Shown in pieces: positions 57,827-57,983 of a DNA stretch of 57,983 nt (positions are counted from its first letter, which is position 1; every line of letters begins with the position of its first letter). The DNA comes from a virus. Under the pieces are notes generated by a model, which did not search any database, was not told the origin of the DNA, and worked only from the letters and a program-made list of their open reading frames with translations. A program made the translations under genes and the position numbers. The stretch lies in IMG/VR virus record IMGVR_UViG_3300045988_075135. One strand, written 5' to 3'.

Positions 57827-57983
57827 ATGACTGAAACGATCTACGAAATGAGCAAGCGGATGTGCAACAGCGCTAACTGCGCGGACTGCCCAATTAGAAA
57901 AGTAAAAGACAAAGCTTGCTTAATAAGTTTTATTAAAGAGTACGAAATTGAGAAGGTAGCAGAGCAATTGGAAGTGATGTACG
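57827..57983 (+). CDS. N-terminal part of the Cys-rich gene that continues at nt 120..316 after circularisation
   Basis: ATG at 57827. The reading frame passes through the 119-bp repeat into 2..316. Confidence 0.5.
   Translation, partial: MTETIYEMSKRMCNSANCADCPIRKVKDKACLISFIKEYEIEKVAEQLEVMY
57865..57983. repeat. Terminal direct repeat, second copy of 1..119
   Basis: Identical to nt 1-119. Confidence 0.95.

Overview
The window is a complete, circularly closed temperate phage or prophage genome. Nt 1-119 are identical to 57865-57983, so the unique length is 57,864 bp. It has strong AGGAGG-type ribosome-binding sites and a PBSX-like contractile-tail gene order, which suggests a Bacillota, probably Clostridia, host (inference only).

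Layout: a ~40 kb plus-strand late operon runs from 825 to 40536. It contains a regulator, terS, terL, portal, MuF, scaffold, capsid, neck, sheath, tube, chaperone, tape measure, baseplate, fibres and lysis genes. A minus-strand moron block follows (40575-43604). Next come a candidate attP with a 3' fragment of exonuclease III (xth/exoA) and a large serine integrase (43636-45597). A cI/Cro-type switch sits at 45977-46707. The early operon (46794-57983, wrapping to 316) encodes a radical-SAM protein, YqaJ exonuclease, C5-methyltransferase, RecT, a replisome organiser, a DnaC-like loader, VRR-NUC, a methylase-like protein, DUF5131 and SSB.

Most unusual features:
- Three paralogous ~1.1 kb cassettes (divergent RHH repressor, private triple operators, a 43-aa leader ORF, and an HNH-like ~205-aa protein) sit exactly between essential tail genes. 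A fourth RHH unit lies in the moron block.
- Two tail genes, each the first gene downstream of a cassette, are broken by an in-frame TAG and continue in the -1 frame.
- A group I intron carrying an HNH endonuclease splits the tape measure gene.
- A family-2 glycoside hydrolase, a collagen/Big_2 fibre, a MuF-toxin fusion and a second set of HxH fibre genes are embedded in the head module.
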